Shown here: positions 27,422 through 36,556 of the stretch, in pieces
Numbering within the stretch: position 1 is the stretch's first letter
How the letters are laid out: each line of letters starts with the position of its first letter
Source: Patescibacteria group bacterium
GTDB lineage: Bacteria > Patescibacteriota > Minisyncoccia > Phycocordibacterales > SBAW01
Assembly (NCBI GenBank): GCA_016176685.1
Contig: JACOWS010000004.1
Location: 2,018-66,017, forward strand
DNA: 64,000 bases
Direction: 5' to 3'
Made by a program: the position numbers and the translations under genes
The notes under the pieces: generated by a model
What the model was told of the DNA's origin: nothing
The model's input: only the letters and a program-made list of their open reading frames with translations
Database searches by the model: none

Positions 27422-30118
27422 GTGAATGAGGCGATAGATAGGTTGTGGTACACGCATACCGCCCTTGCAGTGCGTAAACAGTTACAAACGAGCGAGCAGG
27501 GCCTCTCCGCCCATGAGGCCGCGGTGCGATTGGCAAAATATGGGCCCAATGTATTGCCCGAGGCAGGGAGAGCTTCCTACCTGGTTATATTTCTGGAGCA
27601 GTTTAAGAGTCCGCTTATATACCTGTTGTTGGGGGCGAGCGTCATCGTGTTTGCGGTGGGGGAGCCTGTCGACAGCGCCATCATAGTGGCGCTCCTTTTG
27701 TTTAACGCGGCGGTAGGTACCGTGCAGGAGGGGCGCGCGCAAAACACTCTTTTAGCGCTTAAAAAGTTTGTGGAGACTACGGCGACGGTCTTGCGCGAAG
27801 GTAAGGAAATAGAGGTTGTCGACCGCGCCGTGGTCCCCGGCGACCTGGTGGTGCTCGAAGAGGGGGAGAAAGTGCCTGCCGACGCGCGCATAGTAATGGC
27901 CAGGAACCTCCAGATAGACGAAGCGTCTCTCACCGGCGAGTCCGGCGCGGTGCATAAGACCGATCGGCCGCTCGCCGCAAAAAATGCTCCGCTAGCCGAG
28001 CAAAAAAACATGGTGTTTAAAGGCACCCACATTGTTTCGGGCAGCGGGCTGGCGGTGGTGGTTGCGGTGGGGCTTGAAACGGCAATTGGAAAAATTGCAA
28101 AAAAAATAGCAACCATAGACTCGGAGATTCCTCTTAAAACCGACATTCGCCGCCTCTCGCGTGTGGTAATTGCCTCGGTACTTTTATTAAGCACGGCACT
28201 TTTTGTGTATGGTATTGTTGTCGGCCACACCGCCAAGGAAATGTTTGTCACCGTGGTATCACTTTCCGTCTCTCTTGTTCCCGAAGGGCTCCCCATTGTC
28301 ATGACGCTGGTGTTGGCGACCGGCGTGTGGCGCATGTCAGGACGAAACGCTTTGGTAAAACGCCTCCAGGCGGTTGAGGCGCTTGGCCAAGCAAGCGTTA
28401 TCGCGGTTGATAAAACAGGTACCGTAACTAAAAACGAGTTGGTGGTACAAAAAATATGGGTGGCAGATGAACTTTTTACCGTAAGCGGCGTCGGCTATGA
28501 GCCGACGGGCAACGTCTCGCTCGGGAAGGGGGTGGTAGACGCTGAGCGCCACCCAGCCCTTAAGTATGTGCTCAAGGCGGCCGCACTGTGTGCGCACGCC
28601 AGATTATTTTTTTCAAAAGAGAAAGGTCAGTGGCGAATCGCCGGGGACCCAACCGAAGCGGCTTTGTTGGTTGCAGCGCAAAAAGTCGGCTTGCATAAGG
28701 AAGCGCTTGTGCAAGAAAATCCGCTGGTCGCGGAAATTCCTTTTGACAACAAGTGTAAGTATCACGCAACAGTACACAACATTGCAGGAACACCACAACT
28801 GACGATTATAGGTGCACCCGAGGTGACCCTACAGCACTCAACCGCTATATGGCAAAATGATTCTTCCCGACCGCTTTCCGCAAAAAAACGCAAAGAGCTC
28901 GAAGAGGTGTTTGTACATATGTCGGAAGAGGGTTTGCGCGTAGTGGCGCTTGCAGTGCGCGCCAAGGTACCGAGCGATGTAACGCACGAGTCTATACAAA
29001 AGCTGACGTTTGTAGGTTTTTTCGGCTTGAAGGATGCTCTGCGCCCCGAGGTGCATGGCGCCTTGGCGAGAGCACGCAGTGCGGGTGTGAGAGTAGTGAT
29101 GATTACCGGCGACCATGCGGTTACCGCACGTGCCATAGCCAGGGACGCGGGAATATATAGGAGCGGGGAAAGGGTGCTCACCGGCGCCGACATCGACGCG
29201 CTCGCCGACACCGAGCTCCCAAACCACCTTGGCCTCGTCTCCGTGTTTGCCCGGGTAACTCCGGAGCATAAACTGCGCATAATAAGGGCATACAAAGAGC
29301 GCGGCGAGGTAGTGGCTATGACCGGCGACGGTGTCAACGACGCGCCCTCTTTGGTGGCGGCCGACCTTGGGGTGGCGATGGGAGGTATTGGTACCGAGGT
29401 GGCTAAAGAGGCGGCCGACATGGTGCTTTTGGACGACAACTTTGGGAGCATTGTATCGGCCATTGAAGAGGGAAGGAGCATATACCAGACAATGAAAAAG
29501 GTCATCCTTTACCTCTTTTCAACGGGGGTGGGCGAGGCGCTCACCATCACGGTGGCTCTCATAGCGGGCCTGCCGCTGCCAGTCCTGGCGGTGCAAATAA
29601 TTTGGCTTAACTTTGTCACCGATGGGTTTCTCGACGTGTCTCTTGCCATGGAGCCAAAGGAAAAGAATTTACTTTCAAGCAGGTTTGGGGGGCGCAAGAG
29701 GATGATGATAGACGGTCTTTCGATACGGCGTATGATTCTAATGGCGACCCCCATGATGGCGGGGACACTCGTTCTCTTTTCGCACTTTGTGACGGCGGGA
29801 GATATGGCCAAGGCGCTTACCGTGTCGCTCACCACGCTCGCCGTTTTCCAGTGGTTTAATGTGTGGAACTGCCGTTCGGAAACGGAGTCTGTTTTCCGCA
29901 TGAACCCGCTCAACAATCCTTTTCTTCTTGGAGCGACTGCAGTTATAATTTCGCTACAAGTGGCGGCGGTGTACACTCCTTTTTTGCAATCTATTCTGCA
30001 CACCGTGCCGCTTGGCTTTTTTGAGTGGATGATGATTATACCGGTAGCTTTCTCTGTTGTAGTGGTAGAAGAGGCGCGCAAGTTTTTGCATAGAAGAAGT
30101 CTCAACCCCGCCTTCTAG
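27422..30118 (+). CDS. Cation-transporting P-type ATPase (type IIA-like)
   Basis: TGES, PEGL, DKTGT, TGDGVNDAP. Confidence 0.95.
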   Translation: MNEAIDRLWYTHTALAVRKQLQTSEQGLSAHEAAVRLAKYGPNVLPEAGRASYLVIFLEQFKSPLIYLLLGASVIVFAVGEPVDSAIIVALLLFNAAVGTVQEGRAQNTLLALKKFVETTATVLREGKEIEVVDRAVVPGDLVVLEEGEKVPADARIVMARNLQIDEASLTGESGAVHKTDRPLAAKNAPLAEQKNMVFKGTHIVSGSGLAVVVAVGLETAIGKIAKKIATIDSEIPLKTDIRRLSRVVIASVLLLSTALFVYGIVVGHTAKEMFVTVVSLSVSLVPEGLPIVMTLVLATGVWRMSGRNALVKRLQAVEALGQASVIAVDKTGTVTKNELVVQKIWVADELFTVSGVGYEPTGNVSLGKGVVDAERHPALKYVLKAAALCAHARLFFSKEKGQWRIAGDPTEAALLVAAQKVGLHKEALVQENPLVAEIPFDNKCKYHATVHNIAGTPQLTIIGAPEVTLQHSTAIWQNDSSRPLSAKKRKELEEVFVHMSEEGLRVVALAVRAKVPSDVTHESIQKLTFVGFFGLKDALRPEVHGALARARSAGVRVVMITGDHAVTARAIARDAGIYRSGERVLTGADIDALADTELPNHLGLVSVFARVTPEHKLRIIRAYKERGEVVAMTGDGVNDAPSLVAADLGVAMGGIGTEVAKEAADMVLLDDNFGSIVSAIEEGRSIYQTMKKVILYLFSTGVGEALTITVALIAGLPLPVLAVQIIWLNFVTDGFLDVSLAMEPKEKNLLSSRFGGRKRMMIDGLSIRRMILMATPMMAGTLVLFSHFVTAGDMAKALTVSLTTLAVFQWFNVWNCRSETESVFRMNPLNNPFLLGATAVIISLQVAAVYTPFLQSILHTVPLGFFEWMMIIPVAFSVVVVEEARKFLHRRSLNPAF

Positions 30119-30181
30119 TTATCCACAGAATGTGTGTATTGTATGTATTGCACGTGGAAAGATGTGTTAAATTATCTATAT

Positions 30182-30829
30182 ATGTACACACCTCTCACCT
30201 ACAAGCAAAAGCGCGTGTTGGAGAATATACGCCTCTACATAGGAGCCAAAGGCCAGCCGCCCACACTGGAGGAGCTACGCCGCAACTTGGGGCTCAAGTC
30301 TACCCGCACGGTGGTGCAGTATCTGGAGTCCTTGGAGCAAAAGGGCTATCTGGTGCGTCGCCGCAACGCGTGGCGCAACATAGAGCTGCGCAATGTCGAT
30401 GGCGGGTGGGGAACTGTTTCAGTGCCAGTGGTGGCCAATGTCGGGTGCGACGACCTATCGCTTTTTGCGGAGCAACAGTACGATGAGTTTTTAGAGGTGG
30501 ATAAAAAAATTGTCGAGGAGTCCGGCGACATTGTCGCCGTGCGCGCGGTGGGCGAGAGCATGCTAGACGCCGGTATCCGCGACGGAGACTACATTTTGGT
30601 GCAATTCACCGACCAGGTACAAAACGGCGACAAGGTGGCGGCCATGGTGGGCGACATGGTCACGGTCAAGCGGTATGAAAAGAAAAACGGAGTGGTCATA
30701 CTGTACCCCGAGTCTAAAGACCCGAAGTACAAACCAATAGTCCTGCACGAAGACTTTAAGGTTGCGGGTAAGGTGCTGTGTATTATACCGGCCCCCGAGC
30801 GCGAGCTCACGGAGGTGGTGCCGCTCTAG
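30182..30829 (+). CDS. lexA: LexA-family repressor (wHTH plus S24 peptidase)
   Basis: LTYKQKRVL, PPTLEEL, GESM (Ser), TVKR (Lys); atypical cleavage region ANVGCD. Confidence 0.8.
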   Translation: MYTPLTYKQKRVLENIRLYIGAKGQPPTLEELRRNLGLKSTRTVVQYLESLEQKGYLVRRRNAWRNIELRNVDGGWGTVSVPVVANVGCDDLSLFAEQQYDEFLEVDKKIVEESGDIVAVRAVGESMLDAGIRDGDYILVQFTDQVQNGDKVAAMVGDMVTVKRYEKKNGVVILYPESKDPKYKPIVLHEDFKVAGKVLCIIPAPERELTEVVPL

Positions 30830-30848
30830 GGCTTGCATGTCAGCAGTG

Positions 30849-30878
30849 TAGGGTATACTAGAGTATACTAGGGTATAC
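30849..30878. repeat. 3 x 10-bp tandem repeat TAG(G/A)GTATAC
   Basis: TAGGGTATAC TAGAGTATAC TAGGGTATAC upstream of 30918. Confidence 0.8.
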
Positions 30879-30917
30879 GCGTGTAATTAATCATACCCCT
30901 AAGCGTCTTATAATAAT

Positions 30918-31226
30918 ATGATGAAGTGGATTGGAGCAGTACTTATCGTCGTTGCAGTAGCAGGAGTATATGCCTGGTGGAGCGGCATGCTTGGACAGTT
31001 TGGTATAGCAGGCCCGGCACAGATGCAAAATGCAGAGGAAGCCGACAACCAAGCGGCCGGAGGACAGGCCCCAGCGAGCGACCTGCCTACCGCCACTACA
31101 GACACCTCTACTGCCGCTATAGAGCAAGACACTGCCGCGCTTGACGTACAACTCCAAGCGCTTCAAAACGACTCGGCTAGCGTCGACACCAGTCTTAACG
31201 ACGCCGCAGTACCGCAGGAGTATTAA
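30918..31226 (+). CDS. Small secreted/anchored protein
   Basis: N-terminal TM, acidic helical tail. Confidence 0.7.
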   Translation: MMKWIGAVLIVVAVAGVYAWWSGMLGQFGIAGPAQMQNAEEADNQAAGGQAPASDLPTATTDTSTAAIEQDTAALDVQLQALQNDSASVDTSLNDAAVPQEY

Positions 31227-31246
31227 TCACATTGCACGAAAATCAT

Positions 31247-32095
31247 ATGACACGCACACACTATATAAAGATATTAATATCACTTTTTATCGGAGCGCCG
31301 CTGTTAGTGCCGGTGTTTGCGATGGCGCAGCTTAACAGCGCAGATATAAACGCCACTGTTAACGCAAAAGCCGAAGTCCGCACCAATGCGGGAACAGGAG
31401 CAACACTTTCCGCAACCACAACGGCACGTATGGAAAAGGCGCGCACCAAGGCGGCGCAAGAAATAGAACGCCGCATCGAGGCTTTGACCAAGATAAATGC
31501 CCGCATAAGCGAGGTAACCAAAATTTCCGACCAGTTTAAGACTAACCTCAACACCAACATACAAAATCAAATAACTGCCCTGACTGCGCTTAAGGTAAAA
31601 ATAGAGGGAGATACAGACCTAAACACGCTCAAGACAGACGTGCAATCGATAACAAAATCGTACCGCGTGTTTGCACTGGTAATGCCGCAGACGCACATTG
31701 CCGCTATGGCCGACCGCATGGCAACGGCAATAAACATCATGATAGGGGTAGGCAACAAGCTTCAAACGCGCCTAACGGAGATGCAAAATGCCGGTAGCGA
31801 TGTCAGTACTCTCATTACCACCTTGTCTGACATGGGGACCAAGATATCCGACGCTCAAGCGAAGGCGCAAGCGGCGGTCAACGTCACCGCAACGCTTGTA
31901 CCGGACGACGGTGACAAGGAAAAAATGGCGGCCAACAAAGCGGCTCTTAGAGAGGGACGCGACAATCTCAATGCGGCACATCAAGACCTGGTTGACGCGC
32001 GCAAATACATCACCACGATACTTAAGGGTATTCGTGAGATATCTGCAAGCGCCTCGGCATCTGCAGACACTTCCGCTACTGTGGAGACGCAGTAG
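31247..32095 (+). CDS. Secreted coiled-coil protein
   Basis: Signal peptide, all-helical, 'EIERRI..L', 'YRVFALVMPQ'. Confidence 0.75.
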   Translation: MTRTHYIKILISLFIGAPLLVPVFAMAQLNSADINATVNAKAEVRTNAGTGATLSATTTARMEKARTKAAQEIERRIEALTKINARISEVTKISDQFKTNLNTNIQNQITALTALKVKIEGDTDLNTLKTDVQSITKSYRVFALVMPQTHIAAMADRMATAINIMIGVGNKLQTRLTEMQNAGSDVSTLITTLSDMGTKISDAQAKAQAAVNVTATLVPDDGDKEKMAANKAALREGRDNLNAAHQDLVDARKYITTILKGIREISASASASADTSATVETQ

Positions 32096-32134
32096 AGCAA
32101 CTCTTGTGTCCGCGCCGACCGCTACTATTATTCA

Positions 32135-32878
32135 ATGATCGAAATTCTTGCGGCATCTCTGCTCGTGATGCTCGCCTCTTTGGTGGGAGTGTTTTCTCTG
32201 TGGCGGAGGGCGGAAAAAATAATCGAACGAAATTTAGATTTTTTAGTCAGCTTTTCTGCGGGTGTGTTTGTGGTGATAGTGTACCGTCTCGCAGTTGAGA
32301 CAATAGAACATGCGGGGCAGGCAGTATGGGGTTTTACGTGGATACTCGTTGGAGCGCTCTTCATATGGGTCATATGTAAGTTGCTACCGGCAACCCACAT
32401 GCACGCAGAGCCGGGCGACGAAACACGCGTTGACCCGCGGAAAATTTTAGTGAGTGACAGCATACACAACGTAGGTGATGGTGTTCTCCTTGCCGCTACG
32501 TTTTCGGTGAGCGTTGCGCTTGGTATTGCAACGACAGCGAGCGTTCTCATTCACGAAGTTCTTCAGGAAATTTCTGAGTTTTTTATATTACGTAAGGGAG
32601 GATACACACCGCAGAAAGCGCTCTCACTCAATTTTCTTACCTCAAGTTCCATACTCGTTGGTTCTGTCGGGGGTTTTTTCTTTCTCGAGCTATTCGAGTA
32701 CCTTGAATCTCCACTCCTTGGGTTTGCAGCCGGAGCGCTACTGGTCGTGGTACTCACGGACCTCATCCCGCACTCGATAAGCGGTTCATACGAGCGGTCG
32801 CATTACGCCAAGCACCTTTTGTTGTTTCTCATCGGAGTAGCGCTGATGCTCGCGGTGAGTGTATTTGCCGCCCACTAG
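32135..32878 (+). CDS. ZIP family metal transporter
   Basis: FSAG, DSIHNVGDG, HEVLQEISEF, DLIP. Confidence 0.9.
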   Translation: MIEILAASLLVMLASLVGVFSLWRRAEKIIERNLDFLVSFSAGVFVVIVYRLAVETIEHAGQAVWGFTWILVGALFIWVICKLLPATHMHAEPGDETRVDPRKILVSDSIHNVGDGVLLAATFSVSVALGIATTASVLIHEVLQEISEFFILRKGGYTPQKALSLNFLTSSSILVGSVGGFFFLELFEYLESPLLGFAAGALLVVVLTDLIPHSISGSYERSHYAKHLLLFLIGVALMLAVSVFAAH

Positions 32879-32893
32879 CGCTATACTTACCGT

Positions 32894-33124
32894 ATGCAAG
32901 AACCCTTCGATACTACTCAAGGCGGGCAGTTAGACCGTATGGAAATAAAACTTGCCGAGATTTCCGGCAAAATCGACGAGGTACACGCATCGGCTGAAAA
33001 GATGCGCAGATATTTTTTATGGACTCTATGGGTGACTATTGGACTTATCGTAGTGCCGTTGCTTATACTCCCCATGGTGTTGCCGACATTTTTGCAGACG
33101 CTCGTCTTGCCGGCCGGGTTTTAG
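32894..33124 (+). CDS. Small membrane protein
   Basis: KID....SAEKMRRYFLWT then TM; leaderless-type promoter. Confidence 0.7.
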   Translation: MQEPFDTTQGGQLDRMEIKLAEISGKIDEVHASAEKMRRYFLWTLWVTIGLIVVPLLILPMVLPTFLQTLVLPAGF

Positions 33125-33293
33125 TTTTTGCGTGCCAAGCGACGGCATATAAATAAAAAAAGAGTAAAAAAGCAAAAATAGCGCAGTAGGATCAACTCTT
33201 GTAAAAACAAAAAATACGTTGTAGAGTGGAGCCAGAACGCTCTCCTGGTTTGCCCGTGCGCATTATTGGTGTTTTTAAACCAAGACTTTTACC

Positions 33294-34295
33294 ATGTCTA
33301 TCTTCATAAAATCTCTAGGGTTTTCAATACTTTTTGCCGTTTCGGCATTCTCTATAGTACCTATGGTCGCTTCAGCCGATACCCCTTGGTGGTGCGACAC
33401 CAGCTTTGGCGCATGGTGGGGTGTAGGCAACTGCGGTACCACAACCGGCCCCGCAGGGGTCTTGGTATATGTGCAAACGCCGTCCCATGGAAATTACTAC
33501 AACATCGCACCACGCCAGCCCTCAGACTTTACCGTTTCTGTCTCCGGGCAAAATCCTTCCCCGACAACTTTTTTGGGCTCATTGAATGGGTCTCCGGTGT
33601 TGCTTGGTTCCGGCTCATACTCGGTGTATGTAAGCGGCGACTTGTACGGATATACGCCCAGCTACTCGTCCGGATGCTCGGGCGCCATTGCCGTTGGCGA
33701 GCACGCGCTGTGCGTTATCACTATGAGCGGCTCATCCTACTCTTCGTACCCAACACCATACCCATACCCCTGCACCGTGGGCCCCTATGGTTGTACTTAC
33801 CAGCTGCCCTCACTGTCTTGCACGCCGTCGTACCAATCGGTTGCGGCGGGCAGTGCCGCAACGTTTACTGCGGTGGGAGGCAGTGGCTCATACAATTGGA
33901 CGACCCCTAGCCGCACGTACCTTAGTGTAGGTCCTGTGCTTTCTGTGGTGTTGCAGTCGTACGGCACACAGACTGTAGTGGTGACAAGCGGCTCACAAAG
34001 CGCTATCTGCACGGTAAACGTTGTTGCAGGAGCGCCGGTCTACCCGGTAGTCTCTGGTATCACCCCCACCATCGCGGTTCCTGCCGTAGTATATTCTCCG
34101 GGCGGCGCGGTTTCCGTGGCTCCATCCTCGGCCGTGTACACCGCTTCTTCCTATGTAGTCGCGCCCGGCCTCCCCAACACAGGTTTTGAACCTGTCGACG
34201 GAGCCGCAATGGCGCTTGCATTAGTCTTTCTTTTTGGCGCAGGCATCTTCGTACTTCCGTATGTCAGAAAAGCTTCTGCTTCTATACTCGGCTAG
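33294..34295 (+). CDS. Secreted protein with LPNTG sortase sorting signal
   Basis: Signal peptide, Ser/Tyr/Gly-rich beta domains, LPNTG plus TM plus RK tail. Confidence 0.8.
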   Translation: MSIFIKSLGFSILFAVSAFSIVPMVASADTPWWCDTSFGAWWGVGNCGTTTGPAGVLVYVQTPSHGNYYNIAPRQPSDFTVSVSGQNPSPTTFLGSLNGSPVLLGSGSYSVYVSGDLYGYTPSYSSGCSGAIAVGEHALCVITMSGSSYSSYPTPYPYPCTVGPYGCTYQLPSLSCTPSYQSVAAGSAATFTAVGGSGSYNWTTPSRTYLSVGPVLSVVLQSYGTQTVVVTSGSQSAICTVNVVAGAPVYPVVSGITPTIAVPAVVYSPGGAVSVAPSSAVYTASSYVVAPGLPNTGFEPVDGAAMALALVFLFGAGIFVLPYVRKASASILG

Positions 34296-34971
34296 GTCGG
34301 GGGTTCTTGTTGAGCCGCCGCGGGCTTCTCCGCGGTGGCGTACCGCCGCTGCTCTCATGGGGATACTGATGATTCTTGTCGGTGCGGCAGATGCTACGTC
34401 ACGCCTTGCCCAGAGCGTGTTTGGCAGTGGGGCGGGTGTGGCCGCCTTTGCTCCGGTTGCGACTATCGGCAACCCATCACTACTCGCACTCCTTCAAGCG
34501 GGGCAATCACCGGCTACCACCACCGCGCTCTTACCGGCGCGCATTATGGTCGGTGCCGCCCTCGTTGACGCCGCAGTGGAGCCGGTCGGCAAAAAACCGG
34601 ACGGCTCGATGGACACGCCCAAAAATTTTACCGATGTCGCCTGGTACTCGCTCGGGGCAAAACCGGGGGAAGCGGGCAATGCGGTGTTTGCCGGACATGT
34701 AAACAACGCGCTCGGAACCGCAGGAGTTTTTGAACATCTTACCGACATCTCCATCGGTGACCAGATAGTAATCGCAGATGTGCAGGGGCGCATGCTTACC
34801 TACGTGGTACGCGCTGTGGATCTATACCGGGTAGACACCGCTCCTTTGGAAACCATTTTTAGAATGGTAGGTCCATCACAAGTGGTGCTTATCACGTGCG
34901 AAGGCGTGTGGGACAAAGACACGCGCTCGTACACCAAACGCCTGGTGGTGACCGCCAGCCTGGAAATGTAG
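34261..34971 (+). CDS. Class F sortase (start uncertain)
   Basis: M..P....VAWY..G.KPGE.GNAV.AGH, LITC.G.W, RLVV. Confidence 0.88.
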   Translation: MSEKLLLLYSARSGVLVEPPRASPRWRTAAALMGILMILVGAADATSRLAQSVFGSGAGVAAFAPVATIGNPSLLALLQAGQSPATTTALLPARIMVGAALVDAAVEPVGKKPDGSMDTPKNFTDVAWYSLGAKPGEAGNAVFAGHVNNALGTAGVFEHLTDISIGDQIVIADVQGRMLTYVVRAVDLYRVDTAPLETIFRMVGPSQVVLITCEGVWDKDTRSYTKRLVVTASLEM

Positions 34972-35136
34972 CCAGGGGTTTCTTGCAGAGTGTTTTGCTT
35001 GTGTTTCTATACACTTGTGCTAAGGTGGGGTCGTTCGCAGTTAAGTCTCCGGTGCCGCACTCCAAGTGCAGTTTGGCAGGAGGAGGGTCGCCTTACGCGA
35101 ACAGTATTAGTTTAGATCTCGTGTTTCGCGTAATAT

Positions 35137-35391
35137 ATGGCACGCAAATTGTTTGTTGGCGGCCTTCCGTACCGCACCACCGGGGATGAGCTGAAAGATG
35201 CTTTTTCCCAAGCGGGCGAAGTCGCCACTGCTTCTGTCGTGACGGATCGCGAGACCGGCCGCTCACGGGGCTTCGGCTTCGTTGAGATGGTCAATGACGG
35301 GGACGCCGACAAAGCCATCGATATGTGGAATGGCAAAGAGTTCGACGGTCGCACGCTCACGGTCTCTGAAGCTCGTCCGAAAGCGGCTTAA
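35137..35391 (+). CDS. RRM (RNP-1) RNA-binding protein
   Basis: LFVGGL (RNP2), RGFGFV (RNP1). Confidence 0.95.
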   Translation: MARKLFVGGLPYRTTGDELKDAFSQAGEVATASVVTDRETGRSRGFGFVEMVNDGDADKAIDMWNGKEFDGRTLTVSEARPKAA

Positions 35392-35465
35392 TCCTTCGAT
35401 TTCTCGAACGGTTTTCAAAGCGCCCCCAAGAGCAATTGAGGGGCGTTTTGCTATGCTGTGGTGGT

Positions 35466-36254
35466 ATGAAGAAGCTGCTTTCTGAAATAAAAAGATATTA
35501 TCGCGCACATAAACGCGACCTACCGTGGCGGCATACCCGCGACCCATACAAAATTTTGGTGTCGGAGATGATGCTCCAACAAACCCAAGTGGGGCGGGTA
35601 CTGCCATTTTATAAAAAGTTTATACGCGAGTTCCCGAATGCACGAACCTTGGCGAATGCAAAGTTGTCGGCCGTGTTAAAAATGTGGAGCGGCTTGGGCT
35701 ACAACCGCCGCGCGAAATACCTGCACGAAGCGGCGAAGATTATTGCGCGAGAGGGGATCATTGGGCAAAAGCTCCCGGGTGTAGGGCTATACACCGGCGC
35801 CGCAGTGGATGCTTTTGCTCATAACAAACCCACCGTTTTTGTCGAAACCAACATCCGCACCGTATTCTTTCATTCTTACATACTTGAGAATATAAGGATG
35901 ACCGATGCACAGCTGTTGCCGCTGGTTGGGCAGGCACTCCGGCAGTCCAAAATGCAGCCGCGGGATTTTTACGCGGCGCTCATGGACTACGGCGCGCATC
36001 TCAAAGGGCAGGGGGTGCGGCTCAACAAAAAAAGCGCGCACTACACACGCCCAAAAAAGTTTGAGGGCTCCACCCGCCAACTGCGGGGCGCGATACTAAA
36101 AATAGTGCTCCACGCGCCCCGCAGCACCCTAAGCTCTGTAACAAAAAACCTCCCGCGTTCTGCCAATTGGCAGAAGCGAGAGGTCTTGAGAGTGCTGGCC
36201 CAGCTGAAAAAAGAGGGGCTAGTTCGCCGTCACAAAGGAAAATATCTTGTGTGA
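35466..36254 (+). CDS. mutY: A/G-specific adenine glycosylase (MutY-like, no Fe-S Cys cluster)
   Basis: RDLPWR, VSEMMLQQTQV, WSGLGYNRRA, LPGVG.YT. Confidence 0.85.
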   Translation: MKKLLSEIKRYYRAHKRDLPWRHTRDPYKILVSEMMLQQTQVGRVLPFYKKFIREFPNARTLANAKLSAVLKMWSGLGYNRRAKYLHEAAKIIAREGIIGQKLPGVGLYTGAAVDAFAHNKPTVFVETNIRTVFFHSYILENIRMTDAQLLPLVGQALRQSKMQPRDFYAALMDYGAHLKGQGVRLNKKSAHYTRPKKFEGSTRQLRGAILKIVLHAPRSTLSSVTKNLPRSANWQKREVLRVLAQLKKEGLVRRHKGKYLV

Positions 36255-36484
36255 AATCTATCCACAATTTCGTGGATTATTGCATACAACAACGACCCCA
36301 CCTCCTCCTCGGCAACTTCTATACCGCTCCCTTTGCACTCCCCATCTGAGCGCATAAGCCATTCAACTCCTTCTTTTTTAAGCGGGGGGCGATGAGGGGC
36401 AAGAGTAAGCCGTCCATTTGCACCCGCTATCGCCGGCCGTTCGGTGTCACACACCGGACATTTGCATCGCTTTTTTATCGGCAT
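36230..36484 (-). CDS. Hypothetical protein with CxxC...H...C (possible Zn ribbon)
   Basis: CKCPVC, PH, CKGSG; SD-like GAGGA upstream. Confidence 0.45.
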   Translation of the reverse strand: MPIKKRCKCPVCDTERPAIAGANGRLTLAPHRPPLKKEGVEWLMRSDGECKGSGIEVAEEEVGSLLYAIIHEIVDRFHTRYFPL

Positions 36485-36556
36485 AACATCCTCTTTTTTC
36501 TGCCGTATTTGTACCGTCCTTCCTCGTTGTAACGCCACGGTGCGTCAACGTCAACC

